From a virus (lineage: Duplodnaviria; Caudoviricetes): a stretch of 64,000 nucleotides of DNA. The stretch covers positions 64,001-128,000 of IMG/VR virus record IMGVR_UViG_2936514734_000001. One strand, written 5' to 3'. A model generated the notes under the pieces. The model was not told where the DNA came from. It was given only the letters and a program-made list of their open reading frames with translations, and did not search any database. Position numbers and translations under genes: made by a program. How positions within the stretch are numbered: the first letter of the stretch is position 1; each line of letters opens with the position of its first letter. This document shows positions 27,119-38,262 of the stretch, piece by piece.

Positions 27119-28154
27119 GAGATGATTGAGGCAACAAACCTAATGCATTCTCTGTTAGGAATGTCATTTTTTCAGAGTCAAATTCGAAACCGGCAGCCTT
27201 GGGATGTCCTCCACCGCCTGCAATTGATTTAGCAATATTACCTACATGTACGTCTTCATGAATAGTTCGAAGACTTGCTTTACCAGAGTTCATATCAAGA
27301 ATAGCAACAAAATTCAGGTCAGGATTCAGAGTATTTAATGTATTACCTAATGTTGAATGATATTGATCAGCGAACACTACACCTACGTCATAACGCTTAC
27401 CATCGACATACCATTCATGTTTAGCCATTTTCTTAGAGCGGCCTTCAATGTATTTTTCTTCTCGTTTGTTTTCAATGTTGACCAATAATCGTTCTGTTTC
27501 ATTTAAAGAGAATAGATCAGGCAGTCTAACATTAGTGAAGATTTTAACGAATTTCGCTAACTGCATCTCAATAAACTGAGACGGTGTAAGAATATAAAGA
27601 ACAGAATTTAATTCTTTAGCAAGGTCATTACCTGTACGGTACCAGTCCCATGTGTCATAAGAACGAACCTGCTCTACAAAAGTGTTTACAGCGTATGATT
27701 CATACACATGAGTTAGGAAACAGTCTTTCTCTTTTAGGTATAGATAATATAATTCTGTAGCAGAAGTTAAGCGGTCATTAATTTTACTTGTAATAAAAGC
27801 CCACTCAGGATACTTTTCACTAATCCATTTAGCTGTGTCGTGATGATCTAGTAACACAATAGTAAGACCTGCAGTAAATAAATTGTTCAAGCGCTCTACA
27901 ATTTCTTCAGATGTAGGAGCAATATCTGTAATTAAAATAGCGGAAGTTACATATTTAGGTACGTTTTTGTCTTCTTCAAATGATGACATAACTTCATCAA
28001 GTTCTTCCTCAAACCGATCATAGCCGCAATGAATATGCTTAGCTATTTTTAATGTCGATAATTTAGAAATGACTTGGGGAGAATATCCGTCCAAGTCATT
28101 GTGTGAAAGATGATATACTGTTTTACCTTTTAATGATTGTAAGTTACCAAACAT
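27111..28154 (-). CDS. DHH/DHHA1 phosphoesterase (nanoRNase NrnB-like)
   Basis: HNDLDG, ITD, LDHH, YDTW, SLR, GGGGHPKAAG. Confidence 0.9.
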   Translation of the reverse strand: MFGNLQSLKGKTVYHLSHNDLDGYSPQVISKLSTLKIAKHIHCGYDRFEEELDEVMSSFEEDKNVPKYVTSAILITDIAPTSEEIVERLNNLFTAGLTIVLLDHHDTAKWISEKYPEWAFITSKINDRLTSATELYYLYLKEKDCFLTHVYESYAVNTFVEQVRSYDTWDWYRTGNDLAKELNSVLYILTPSQFIEMQLAKFVKIFTNVRLPDLFSLNETERLLVNIENKREEKYIEGRSKKMAKHEWYVDGKRYDVGVVFADQYHSTLGNTLNTLNPDLNFVAILDMNSGKASLRTIHEDVHVGNIAKSIAGGGGHPKAAGFEFDSEKMTFLTENALGLLPQSSHA

Positions 28155-28175
28155 CTTATTTCCCCCTTGTAGCGA

Positions 28176-28937
28176 TTATGCCGCTACTGTTTTATTTTTA
28201 CGTAATGCATGTACAACAAATGTTGCAGCAAACGTTAAGATTAAGATTCCAAAGAATAACCAGTGAGGAACATGAATTTCATGCATGTGGTATGAACCAT
28301 GAAATAATTTAGAAGCAAGGTTTACCATGCTATGAACAGTTCCTAGTAACATTTTTAAACCAATGATTACGATTAAAACGAAAGCTGTATGCTCCATTTC
28401 TGGTACTCTTTCAATAAGTCTAGTAAATAATTTTGCAACAAAACGCATCATGACAATACCAAGAATACCGCCAAGTGCTAATACCCAAAACTTATCACTA
28501 AGAGCCAATGCAGCAGTAATACTATCTACTGAGAAAGCTAAATCCATTAATTCAATTGAAATAACAACAGACCAGAAATGACTTACTCGAATGTTCATTT
28601 TACCTAGTAATTTATGAAGCCATGTTTTCGTATACTTATCTACTACTCCGCTTTCATCTGAATCTTCTTCTTTCTTAACAAAGTGCTCAATACCCATCTT
28701 TAATAAGTAAACCGCACCAATAACTTTAATAATCCAGAACTTAACGATAACTGTTCCAATCAAGATAAAGAATGCACGAAACGCAATTGCTCCTACCATA
28801 CCGTAATAAAGAACCTTGTCACGCTTAGCAGGATCTTTTACTTTGCTTGCCATCATTGATAGTACAAGGGCGTTATCTGCACTTAGTAAGCCCTCCATTA
28901 CAATCAATACAAAAACGATATATAAATTTTCTAACAC
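28176..28937 (-). CDS. terC: TerC-family membrane protein
   Basis: EGLLSADNALVL, DLAFSVDS. Confidence 0.9.
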   Translation of the reverse strand: MLENLYIVFVLIVMEGLLSADNALVLSMMASKVKDPAKRDKVLYYGMVGAIAFRAFFILIGTVIVKFWIIKVIGAVYLLKMGIEHFVKKEEDSDESGVVDKYTKTWLHKLLGKMNIRVSHFWSVVISIELMDLAFSVDSITAALALSDKFWVLALGGILGIVMMRFVAKLFTRLIERVPEMEHTAFVLIVIIGLKMLLGTVHSMVNLASKLFHGSYHMHEIHVPHWLFFGILILTFAATFVVHALRKNKTVAA

Positions 28938-28971
28938 GTAGTTTCCTCTTCCCTATAGATATTTTATTCTC

Positions 28972-29579
28972 TTAGCGGGGATCATCTGTATGTGCTAAGC
29001 ATCTTTTACATTCGAAAGACTTAGACGGGGTAATGAACGGAATAGAAATCCATCCCCCGCCAATAAACTTCCAATCATGACCTTGCACTGAACAAATTAG
29101 TAACCGCCTCCAAAGACCAATAAACAAAAAGTGACCAAAGATAATTATGCGGATTGCTATTCCAACTAAGTACGTCAGAATGATTATGCCTACCCCTTCC
29201 AGCATATCTATCAAGTAGGTTTTTCTAGACACTCTTACACCCCATTATTAGCGGTTTTTATTCATGATTGCTTTCTTTACGTCTTCACCAATATAATCCC
29301 AAACTATGCAACCTGCACAGAAACCAAAGATGAATAGAATTAAGCTCATTTACGTTTACCTCCATTAGGACAAATTGTTATTGCAATGAAAAATCCGACA
29401 ATAGCAAAAGCAATATGCTGACTAAAAGCCATAGCACCCGCTCCGAATTTTGTATATGGACGAACAACAAGTTCTATCCAAATCACACCTTTACATATAA
29501 AGAACATGATGACCTCTACTACTAGCAGGGTCATCATCAGTTTTACGTTATACCAAAAGTTCTTGATTTTTTGCTTCAT
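28972..29579 (-). other. Small membrane ORFs (28972-29232, ~29229-29348, 29346-29579)
   Basis: Hydrophobic short ORFs in tight operonic spacing. Confidence 0.55.
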
Positions 29580-29583
29580 AGGA

Positions 29584-30186
29584 TTAACCTACTTCTAAGC
29601 CGTACTCAACGATAAATGCTTCCATTCCTTTGTTGTAGCCTTTACCTTCAGCACTGAATCTCCAGTCGTTTTCTTTCAAGTAAAGACGGAATAAAAGAAC
29701 CGCTGTTTCAGTAGAGAAATCTTCTTCTAAGTCATATTGGTACATTGGCTCATTTGTTTCATCATTAACTAGAACAACTTTTGCATTGCGAACGTCTCCG
29801 AATTTCACGCCATCGTTTGTGCTGGCAATGAAGTGCATCTCGGTGATATGTGAAGGGACTTTTGTGAAATCAACTGAAATGATTTCATCAGCGCCACCTT
29901 TACCTCCTGTAGTTTCGTCTCCGCTATGTGCAATTGCTCCACTTGGATGAATAGCTAAGTTGTTACCATGATCGTCATAACCGAATGCTACAACAAAGTC
30001 ACGATCTTCACGGCATTTACCATTTGATTGTAGTGCTACAGCTACGATATCTAAATCGTGCTTACCACCTGTATCGAACTTGTTTTCATCCCAATAAATC
30101 TCTGCACGAAGTTTTGCAAGTCCTGGTTGCTCTTTTCGTAAGTTCACTTTTTTACCACGTTGAACTTTTTGTAATGTCACTGCCAT
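29584..30186 (-). CDS. terD: TerD-family protein
   Basis: DLD, HSGDETTG…DE, YDLEED, LY…WRF. Confidence 0.85.
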   Translation of the reverse strand: MAVTLQKVQRGKKVNLRKEQPGLAKLRAEIYWDENKFDTGGKHDLDIVAVALQSNGKCREDRDFVVAFGYDDHGNNLAIHPSGAIAHSGDETTGGKGGADEIISVDFTKVPSHITEMHFIASTNDGVKFGDVRNAKVVLVNDETNEPMYQYDLEEDFSTETAVLLFRLYLKENDWRFSAEGKGYNKGMEAFIVEYGLEVG

Positions 30187-30244
30187 AATTAATTCCTCCG
30201 ATTGTTTATAAGTTTTGTATTTTAATAAATGATTAAATAATTAA

Positions 30245-30898
30245 TTAACGAAGAATTGCATTTTCAATTGAATCAATAGAACCAGATTTAACACCTTGTC
30301 CTAGAGCTTTAAATTTCCATTCACTGTTATGCTTGTACAACTTACCTAGAACAACTCCACGCATTCCCTTGAATTCATCTAATTCGTAGCGGACTAACTC
30401 CTCGTTGGTATCTGAATTCAATAAGCGTACATAAGAACCACTTAAGCGGCTATCACTAAAGTCATTAGCACCTGTATAAATATTTGCAATTACATAAAGC
30501 TCTTTAACTGCTACATGAAGTTCTTCTAGTTTTACATAGATTTCTTCATTATCTTCTTTACCGAATTGGTTATTACCGCTGCGGTCATCACCTGCATGGT
30601 AAACACCTTGTGCATGTCGTTTAGCAAAATAAACACGATCCAACTTACGACCATCTGCATCTACCATAACAACAGCAGAATCTACATCTACTGGACTAGT
30701 AAGAGTTTGTGAGCTGCTAGAAGAACGTCGTCCTCCACCAAAGATAGCTGAAATAATACTTACTTTTTCAGGCTTTTCTTCTTTCTTTTCTACTAGGCCA
30801 CCCCAACGCAAACCTAAAGTTACATGACGTAAACCTGCATTTTCTTTTGTTAATTCAACTGATTCTCCTGCTTTAATCTTGTGCAAACTAATTGCCAT
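30245..30898 (-). CDS. terD: TerD/TerZ-family protein
   Basis: GLRW, DVDS, HAGDDRSG…DNE, LY…WKFKALG. Confidence 0.85.
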   Translation of the reverse strand: MAISLHKIKAGESVELTKENAGLRHVTLGLRWGGLVEKKEEKPEKVSIISAIFGGGRRSSSSSQTLTSPVDVDSAVVMVDADGRKLDRVYFAKRHAQGVYHAGDDRSGNNQFGKEDNEEIYVKLEELHVAVKELYVIANIYTGANDFSDSRLSGSYVRLLNSDTNEELVRYELDEFKGMRGVVLGKLYKHNSEWKFKALGQGVKSGSIDSIENAILR

Positions 30899-30911
30899 AT
30901 TAAAATCCTCC

Positions 30912-31458
30912 TCATTTTTCCTTCATTGATGTTTTAAATAAATGCAACACAACAAACCATGTAAAGAAAGCCCACAAGTCAAACCATGTTGTGAACCCAC
31001 CTAGTTCAAAAATACCTTTACTGATTTCTAAAGATGTTGCTAAGACTGCAAGTAATAGCACGCAAGTCCAAATAGCTAGTGTTTTGCCTTCTGTAAAATC
31101 AAAAAGTAAAGAATCTATTTTTTTAATCATGTTAAACCTTCCTTATGCCTTACCTGTTTTTAATAAATGTTTTAATGTATTTTGAAATCCATACACCAGT
31201 TAATAAAACAGAAATAGAAGTCATAACTATCCAAATCCATGGCTGGTAAATCCAATGATCCCTGTATGCTGATAGTGGAGTAGATAATCCTCTAAGAATA
31301 GAGACACTATCTAACGCAATAAGTAGCCACACAGCAATATTTAAAATGTGAAACCCTTTAGTTCCATATATTTTTTTCAATTTTTTATCGAACTTATCAA
31401 GTTTTTTATCAAACCTGTCTAACTTTGATTCACTTACATTATTTTTTAGCTCCATCAA
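30912..31458 (-). other. Two small two-TM proteins (30912-31130, 31150-31458)
   Basis: ORF track, hydrophobic segments. Confidence 0.55.
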
Positions 31459-31577
31459 TCCAACACGCCCTTTATTTATAAATAAGTAACATCCATTAAA
31501 AAAGACTGAACTCTATTTAAGAATTCAGCCTACTTAATGCAACCTGTTGATATTGATTTGTCAAGGGGTCTAGCGAA

Positions 31578-34555
31578 TTATGCTGCAACTTTTTTACTAG
31601 AAGAAGATAAGATATCGCGAATTTCCGCTAGAGATTGGTCACGAACTAATTCACCATTTACGAATACATCTTCTAGTTGATCAATATCTGCGTAGTGTGC
31701 ATCATATTCCGCTTGGTTTAATCCATCACGGAATTGTAGTTCACCATCTACTTCTACTACAGCAACAAGACCTCTTAAGCTACGTTTAGTACCATCATCT
31801 GTTTTAGGATCTTTGAATAGGAAACGCTCTTCGCCATTCACTACAGCATATGTAGCTTTCATAGCAAATCCAAACGTATCGCGTGTATTGTACTGATAAC
31901 TAAATGCTCTTGATTTTTATAAGTCACTAAGAAGTTTGTCCGGTAAGATATCCTTACTAAACAATTCTGTTGACCAATTTGTTCTAACTCGGAATGTTTT
32001 GTACTCTTCTAAAATACGAGACTCTAATTTGTACGAATCAATTAGTGGAAGTTTTACAGTTTGCAATACTTCTACAACTGACTTTGAACTACTACGTAAA
32101 GCGCGAATTCTACTACCTAGATTGGTTGTAATTCCTATTTTGTAATAAGAACCGATTTTCATGTAATAAACAAGACTATCTCTTTGAGCAATTTCAGGTT
32201 CTCTCTCGAACAACTTATCATTATATCCTCCACACAGAATGCCTGTATCTATAAGTTCCTCTACTTTACACTCAAAACAACCTTGCCCAGATAAATGTTT
32301 CTGAGCGGTTTTCTTAAATGGCCCATGAGTAGGACAGATTATATCGATTACAGTTTTTCTATTTATATAAATAGATGAATTCGTTTCTGGATAGGTATAA
32401 AAGTCATTGTGTTTGATTTTAGATTTCTCTATAAAATCTTCATATGGTTTTGTTTTAGAACTATTCTTTCGTTCCATTCCACAAAACTTACAACCACAAT
32501 TACTTACAAGTATTGAACGCGGAACGTAATCACTCGGTCCGTGTTTTGGACAGGTCAGAGTAACAGTACCCTTTGTTAAACCTTCATAGTTTGTAAGGTC
32601 TATAGTGAACTTGTCTCCGTATTTTTCTTTAACTTGGTCCATGTAATCTTCTGGAGAAACCGGTGGTCTTTCCACATTCTTTTTCGGTCTATAAGCTGCC
32701 TTAAAGATAGCTGTACAAACCGGACAAGGAATCTTACCATTCAAGTGCTTGTCAGGAGTTTGCTCAAAAGGACCATGTTCATCACATATGATAATAGATT
32801 TTGTTTTTGCATTTACATATTTAAAGTTAGAGTAATCAAATTTATCCCCATATTTATCTTTCGCTTTTTGTATAAAACGTTCTTTATTAATTTCCTTGTT
32901 ATTGGTCTTCTTCATTTTTCTTCCTCCGATACGATTTATGTATATAACATAACCATACCCGTGACAATAATCAAGCCGGACTATATCATCATCCTGTATT
33001 TTTCATACAGGAGCCTCCCTTTTCGATTTAAGGGGATCTCACCCACTTGTTCTAATAAACAAGCCCTACTCCTATAGCGGACTTACACCGCACCAATTGG
33101 ATAGTCTCTGAACCTTCTCCCTCGCCTTATACGTTAGGGGCTTGGATGCGTTTAGATGATTGCTCAAGTATTTTGCGTTGTTACCATACCAAAGGCGTTA
33201 CCCTTTGCCATATAATTGTTTCCAATTATACTTGGTAGCAAAACCCTATATGAACGTCCCCGCAATTAAGGAGAGTGGTCATTTACCTATTACTAGGCAA
33301 CGGGGCCATAAGTTAACCCGATTCCAAATACAATGTTTGTACTAGCGAAGCCTTTAGCTTTTAACTTCTCACAAATTTGAGTGATACGTTCTAGATTCAT
33401 AGAGTCACCATAGATAGCGCCGATATGGGTATCAAGAACTTTATATCCTTGCTTAGAAACCGTACCACCAAAGATATCCCATAGGGCTTCAATTAAGCCT
33501 TTGCGCTCTAATTCCGTTTTCCCATCTGGTGTACCGCAAACGATATCTACAGGATCACCACTATCAGGACGGATAACAACTCGTCCATCACGATTCAAGA
33601 TTGTTTCTTTCAATGCAGGTAAATACTCGCCTACAACCTTCCAGAAATCCCACGTATCAGATACTACAGAGAAGAATCCAGTAGGATATACATTAGTCAT
33701 AAGGTGTTTGAACAATTCAAATTCATCCGTTTGACCATATGAGCACATTACTGAATGTTCAGTCGCGCTGATAGAAGTACCCACTAATTCTTTTTCTACG
33801 TTTGCATTGTAGAATTCTTCTAGGTGGAAGATTGCAGGAATAGTATCTGTACCAACAAATGATAATAGATGTCCTGCACCAGAAGCTTTTGAAGCGTCTA
33901 ATGAAGCCATACCGCGCATTGAGAAATCGTGTCCTTGATATGGAACACCTTCAGTAGTACCTACTGTTTCTAAAGCATACTTATCTAATAGCTTACGGTA
34001 CGTATGAGCAATCGTAGCACTTGTCATTGGCAACCAAACTTCATTAGAGATAAGAGTTTCTAAGTAGTTTGTAATCCAAAAAGTTGCAGCCATATCAGGT
34101 CTTGTATTCACTACTGTTAATACAGGGACTTTAATTGGTGCTAGCGTACCTTCTTTTAAGGCTTTTAATTTCACCGGAAGATACCCTAAATCGTGTAGTT
34201 CCTCAATATGATTGATACGTGGATTTTTTACACCTAAAGTGTTAGTAACAAAACGTACATACTCTTCAACAACTTCCGCTTTCGGACGGCTAAAGAAATG
34301 AGTGTTGAAGTGATCAATTAAGTATTTCTTCACAAAAGCTTGAATACCAAATACAACTACTTCATTAGCGGCAGGGTAATACTTGTTGCTACGTGGAATG
34401 AATGTTGAATAAATAGTTTCAGTACCTTCTGGATATTGGTCATAGTGTCCTAGTTTATAGTAGTCACATAGTAAAGGTGATGGATTAGATGTTTTGTTAG
34501 TCTTTTTAATATAAGCAATTAATTCTTCTTGAGTCATAGTATCGAAATGAGACAT
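31578..34555 (-). CDS. NAMPT/NadV-like protein (probable Namat), join(33316..34555, 31578..31906), ~522 aa after splicing
   Basis: DYYKLGH, HDFSMRG, EHS, VSDTWD, RPDSG, GAIYGD; splicing restores FGIG-SFSYQYNTRDTFGFAMKAT. Confidence 0.9.
31907..33315 (-). mobile_element. Group I intron (1409 nt) carrying a homing endonuclease gene
   Basis: Exon ends GGGU pairing with IGS GCCC; P (33257-67), R GTTCAGAGACTAT (33101-13), S GATATAGTCC (32978-87); terminal G at 31907. Confidence 0.9.
31917..32915 (-). CDS. Intron-encoded endonuclease: three CxxHG…CxxC (DUF723-like) repeats plus C-terminal GIY-YIG/T5orf172-like domain
   Basis: ICDEHG, TCPKHG, ICPTHG repeats; VYYMKIG-YYKIGIT…R…LE. Confidence 0.8.
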   Translation of the reverse strand: MKKTNNKEINKERFIQKAKDKYGDKFDYSNFKYVNAKTKSIIICDEHGPFEQTPDKHLNGKIPCPVCTAIFKAAYRPKKNVERPPVSPEDYMDQVKEKYGDKFTIDLTNYEGLTKGTVTLTCPKHGPSDYVPRSILVSNCGCKFCGMERKNSSKTKPYEDFIEKSKIKHNDFYTYPETNSSIYINRKTVIDIICPTHGPFKKTAQKHLSGQGCFECKVEELIDTGILCGGYNDKLFEREPEIAQRDSLVYYMKIGSYYKIGITTNLGSRIRALRSSSKSVVEVLQTVKLPLIDSYKLESRILEEYKTFRVRTNWSTELFSKDILPDKLLSDL

Positions 34556-34593
34556 TATAATTCCTCCGGTTGTAAGTTAATTTTTTAGTTTGA

Positions 34594-35448
34594 TTAAGCT
34601 ACTTCAGTTACTTCATTTTCTTCTTTTTGCATCCATCCAAGACTTGAGATAATTTCTACTTTCTCATGTTTGGACTCATTAATAATTGAATCTGTTGTAA
34701 ATACTTTTGTGATTAAATCAGAACCAGGGATTTTTCCTTTAAAGATGCTGTCTTCACAATGAGTTACAGCAAGGAAAATATCTCCCGCTCCTAGTTCTTT
34801 GAGCTTTTCTGCACTCGCCATGAACGTTCCACCATAGCTGCTAAGATCATCAAGGATAACTACTTTGCGACCGGGTTCGATGTTGCCAACAACTTGCAAA
34901 CTATCAATCTTACCTGTCTCAGTATTACGCTTCTTAAATCCTACTAGCTCATTTGGAATTCCTAGCTTGCCGTAACGTTTTTGAGCGCCGGCATCCGGAT
35001 AAAAGATATAGTCTTTCTCTTTATCAAACCCAATCTTTTCTGAAACAAGCTCAAATAATTTACGGCCAGTTTCTAAAGCGTAGCAATTGTCCAATAAGGC
35101 AAGAGTTACATCTGAATGGGATTCGACTACATATACGCTGTGAAATTTAAGTGAATTGATAAAATCACATACATATTTCAGCGTAAATACATCAGTACCC
35201 ACTCGTCTGTCCATACGGCTATATGGCATATAAGAAATGTATAAAACAGTTTCCTTATCTGTTGTTTCATCTAAGAATCGTTTAACAAGCATAAGCTGGA
35301 TAAGATCAGCATCAGATTCATATTTAAATTCAACTTCATTGCTATCTCCAATCAAATTCCAAGAATCTAATAATTGTTGCCCATTTAGGTGTGTCTCGCC
35401 ATTTGGAAACTTCTTAAATTCAATTAACTCATGATTTAACTTAATCAT
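34594..35448 (-). CDS. Ribose-phosphate pyrophosphokinase-like protein (probable Adps)
   Basis: FPNGE, YMPYSRMDR, PDAGAQKRY, LDDLSSYGGTF, AVTH. Confidence 0.85.
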   Translation of the reverse strand: MIKLNHELIEFKKFPNGETHLNGQQLLDSWNLIGDSNEVEFKYESDADLIQLMLVKRFLDETTDKETVLYISYMPYSRMDRRVGTDVFTLKYVCDFINSLKFHSVYVVESHSDVTLALLDNCYALETGRKLFELVSEKIGFDKEKDYIFYPDAGAQKRYGKLGIPNELVGFKKRNTETGKIDSLQVVGNIEPGRKVVILDDLSSYGGTFMASAEKLKELGAGDIFLAVTHCEDSIFKGKIPGSDLITKVFTTDSIINESKHEKVEIISSLGWMQKEENEVTEVA

Positions 35449-35466
35449 TCTTTTTCCCCCTGTAAT

Positions 35467-35682
35467 TTACTCAACATATATGAGTTCTGTTTTTCCTTTG
35501 TGAGCATGCAGTACCTGAATTTCATCTATGCTGTCATAGATGGCAATGGACCGATACTTCGTAGTCCATTCCATCACCGCTCTCCCACTAGGAAGAATAA
35601 CGCCATGACCAATTATTCCAGTTCCACTTACCCCTGAAATGTCATCTTTTCTATTTAAATAAAACTGTTTAAGTCTTTCCAT
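35467..35682 (-). CDS. Conserved phage hypothetical protein (DISGVSGTG motif)
   Basis: SD-like upstream sequence; motif recognised from phage hypotheticals. Confidence 0.65.
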   Translation of the reverse strand: MERLKQFYLNRKDDISGVSGTGIIGHGVILPSGRAVMEWTTKYRSIAIYDSIDEIQVLHAHKGKTELIYVE

Positions 35683-35702
35683 GTTGTCTACACCAGTTTT
35701 AA

Positions 35703-36134
35703 TTAAGCAAAATGCTTTTGAATAACTTGCTTTGCAAAAGAGCTATCTACTTTACCTTTTTTATCTTTCATCAAGATACCCATAGTCGGGCCGACAGCTG
35801 CTCCCTTCTTAATACCTTTCTCAGTTAAGAATGCAATGATTTCTTCTTCAGTCATCATTTCTGGTAAATAAGATTCGATAATTTCAATCTTAGCTTGTTC
35901 AGCTTCTACGATGTCAGTACGTCCTGCTTTTTGTGCCTCAGCTAAGGAATCTTTTGTTTGCTTTAATTCACGTTGTACAATAAGTGTTTCTTCAACATCA
36001 GTAAGCGGTGCTTTCTTTTCTTTTTCAGCAGATGTTAAACCTGCACGTAGTAATGTGATAACTGCTTTTTTAACAGTATCCTTATTTTTCATTGCTTCTT
36101 TTAAATGGTTCATTAATTTTTGATTTAAAGTCAT
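35703..36134 (-). CDS. GatB/YqeY domain protein
   Basis: LKEAMK, GRTD…E…YLP, MG…KGKVD. Confidence 0.85.
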   Translation of the reverse strand: MTLNQKLMNHLKEAMKNKDTVKKAVITLLRAGLTSAEKEKKAPLTDVEETLIVQRELKQTKDSLAEAQKAGRTDIVEAEQAKIEIIESYLPEMMTEEEIIAFLTEKGIKKGAAVGPTMGILMKDKKGKVDSSFAKQVIQKHFA

Positions 36135-36148
36135 AGTCCTTACTCCTT

Positions 36149-37031
36149 TTAGTATTTTTCAACTCGATAAGTAAACTCTAGTTCAGCGGTGAAATCATCA
36201 AGTGTCTTCACTCGAACTTCTGGAGCATTCCAACCATATGAATCCTCCCAATAATGGGAGAAGGTTTCTCCTCGATGAACGATAACTACTCTACCCTTTG
36301 CATAGGTCCCGTTCTTCTTTCGGGGAATCTTATCAAAGATGTCTTTCCAGTCCCAATGTTTATACTCGAGAATAGCCTTAAATGCTTCTTCATCTTCTGC
36401 ACGTTCTTTTGCTGTATATCTGTCATCTTCATGCGAGTATGTTCTAGGGACATTGTTAATCCCATACTCTTCATCATCCGGATCTACATTTAAAAGAGGT
36501 TGGATATCCCGGGAAATACTTTCAAGGTCTCCAACAATATTAAAAGTGCGTCCTTTTGGATCTAGCTCTGCATATAAAATATCTTTCATATCTATCCCCC
36601 ATTATTCTTTTTCAAGGAAGTTATCAATAAAAATTAGTAGTACGCTAATAATTAAGCCTGCAACTAGGAAAAACCCAGGTACAGGCATTTCGTGACGCAA
36701 ATAAAGATGAATACAACACAAGTAAGCGGTCAGCATCATAATGATCTGAACAAATTCAACTAACCTTCTCATGTTAGATATCCTTCTCTTTCTTTAATCC
36801 AAAACCAAGAGGTAGAAAAGCAATAATTAAGGACAGGTCTACGTTAAACAAAAAAGCCCATAAGTTAATATCTTGTTGTGCGTACCCAATTATTGCTGTG
36901 TACATGATTAGTCCTCCGTAAGCAAACCAGAAGCCTCTTGTACTCCATAGCCACTCCCTATGAGGAACCATTCCTTTTTTAAACTCTTGTTTGAATTTCG
37001 CAAACTTTGTTTCTTTCTTTTCTTTCTTCAT
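36149..37031 (-). other. Hypothetical CDSs 36149-36589 and 36774-37031 (membrane), with a short TM ORF between
   Basis: ORF track with SDs. Confidence 0.6.
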
Positions 37032-37040
37032 GTTTTTCTC

Positions 37041-38237
37041 CTATCCATTAACCATCTGAGCATAGCGTTGTGCTCCCGCTTCTGAAACTTCACGACAGAA
37101 TGCCATCTCAGGAATAAACTCAAAGAATGCTCTACCTTTAAAACTACTAAACTTGTTTTTACCTATATGCACTTCATATACAGGTTGCTTATTAGGATTA
37201 TCAGCACGCATCCAATGCACAGTAGCTTGTTGTCCACGTATTGATACTTCGTTATAGCAAAGCATAACTGCTTTTGCTTCATATAAAATCTTTACTGATT
37301 CACGAATATCATCTACACCTGGACGTCTGTTTCCGTTTAACTTACGGAACTCAGCTGTACATACGATAGGGCAATCATATTTAGTTGCAATCTTTGTTAA
37401 TTGGTCAGCAATATGATCATATTTTTCTCCGCCCGTTTTACCACGAAGCTTTTCATCCCCAATCGTAATATCATGAAAGTTATCAATAAAAACAACTAGC
37501 TGATAAGTAGGATCTTCTTTCTGCAGTTCAACATGGTATTTTTCCATTGTTTCCTCAATGTACTCAATATCAGAACCGTTATTTACGTCCTGCATGTTAA
37601 TGTAATCTGCATTTTCTCGTAACTTTTGTACACCTTTAGCACGCTTTTCCATGTATGTAGCATTGTCTTTATATTTCTTAGGGTAACGAACAACATTAAT
37701 AGGAATACGTTGATCGATTGCTACTAAACGAGGTAATAACTCATTGTTGTTATCATCTAAAGAGAAGTACAGTACAAAAGCTTTTCTAGGTCTTTCTTTT
37801 GTGACAACTTGGTTTGATTCCGCCACCTGCCAAGCAACCTGCAGCATGAATGATGATTTACCAATGTTAGATTGACCAGCCACTAAGTGAACACCAGTAT
37901 TTAATCCTTCAAATGCATCATTCAGAGTTTTGAAACCCCAGTCCAAACCCCCTAGTTCACCACGATTCCATGAGTATTCTTCTACTGCATCAATCGTCTG
38001 TAACATCTTCGCTCGATAGAAAGGTTCAGTGTTACCCGCTACTTCACGAATTAAATCAGGGGTTATGGCATTAGGGTTATTTTCAACTGTTGGAGGGGTA
38101 GCCACTACATTGAATGGCGTATTATTACTTGCGTTTGAACCGGAGTTATCCGGCCAAAATATATCTCCTGCTACTGCAGAAGATGCGAATGGATCAACAA
38201 TTTCTTGTTGAATTGCTACGGGGGCATCTGCAAACAT
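37041..38237 (-). CDS. DnaB-like (SF4) replicative helicase
   Basis: AGQSNIGKS Walker A, FSLD, VFIDN, KNK…GR. Confidence 0.85.
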   Translation of the reverse strand: MFADAPVAIQQEIVDPFASSAVAGDIFWPDNSGSNASNNTPFNVVATPPTVENNPNAITPDLIREVAGNTEPFYRAKMLQTIDAVEEYSWNRGELGGLDWGFKTLNDAFEGLNTGVHLVAGQSNIGKSSFMLQVAWQVAESNQVVTKERPRKAFVLYFSLDDNNNELLPRLVAIDQRIPINVVRYPKKYKDNATYMEKRAKGVQKLRENADYINMQDVNNGSDIEYIEETMEKYHVELQKEDPTYQLVVFIDNFHDITIGDEKLRGKTGGEKYDHIADQLTKIATKYDCPIVCTAEFRKLNGNRRPGVDDIRESVKILYEAKAVMLCYNEVSIRGQQATVHWMRADNPNKQPVYEVHIGKNKFSSFKGRAFFEFIPEMAFCREVSEAGAQRYAQMVNG

Positions 38238-38262
38238 TTATTACAACTCCTTATTCATGGTG

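Noticed and set aside
33293-34555. Truncated NAMPT pseudogene plus a separate 94-aa ORF at 31578-31862
   Set aside because: They are two exons joined in frame by group I splicing
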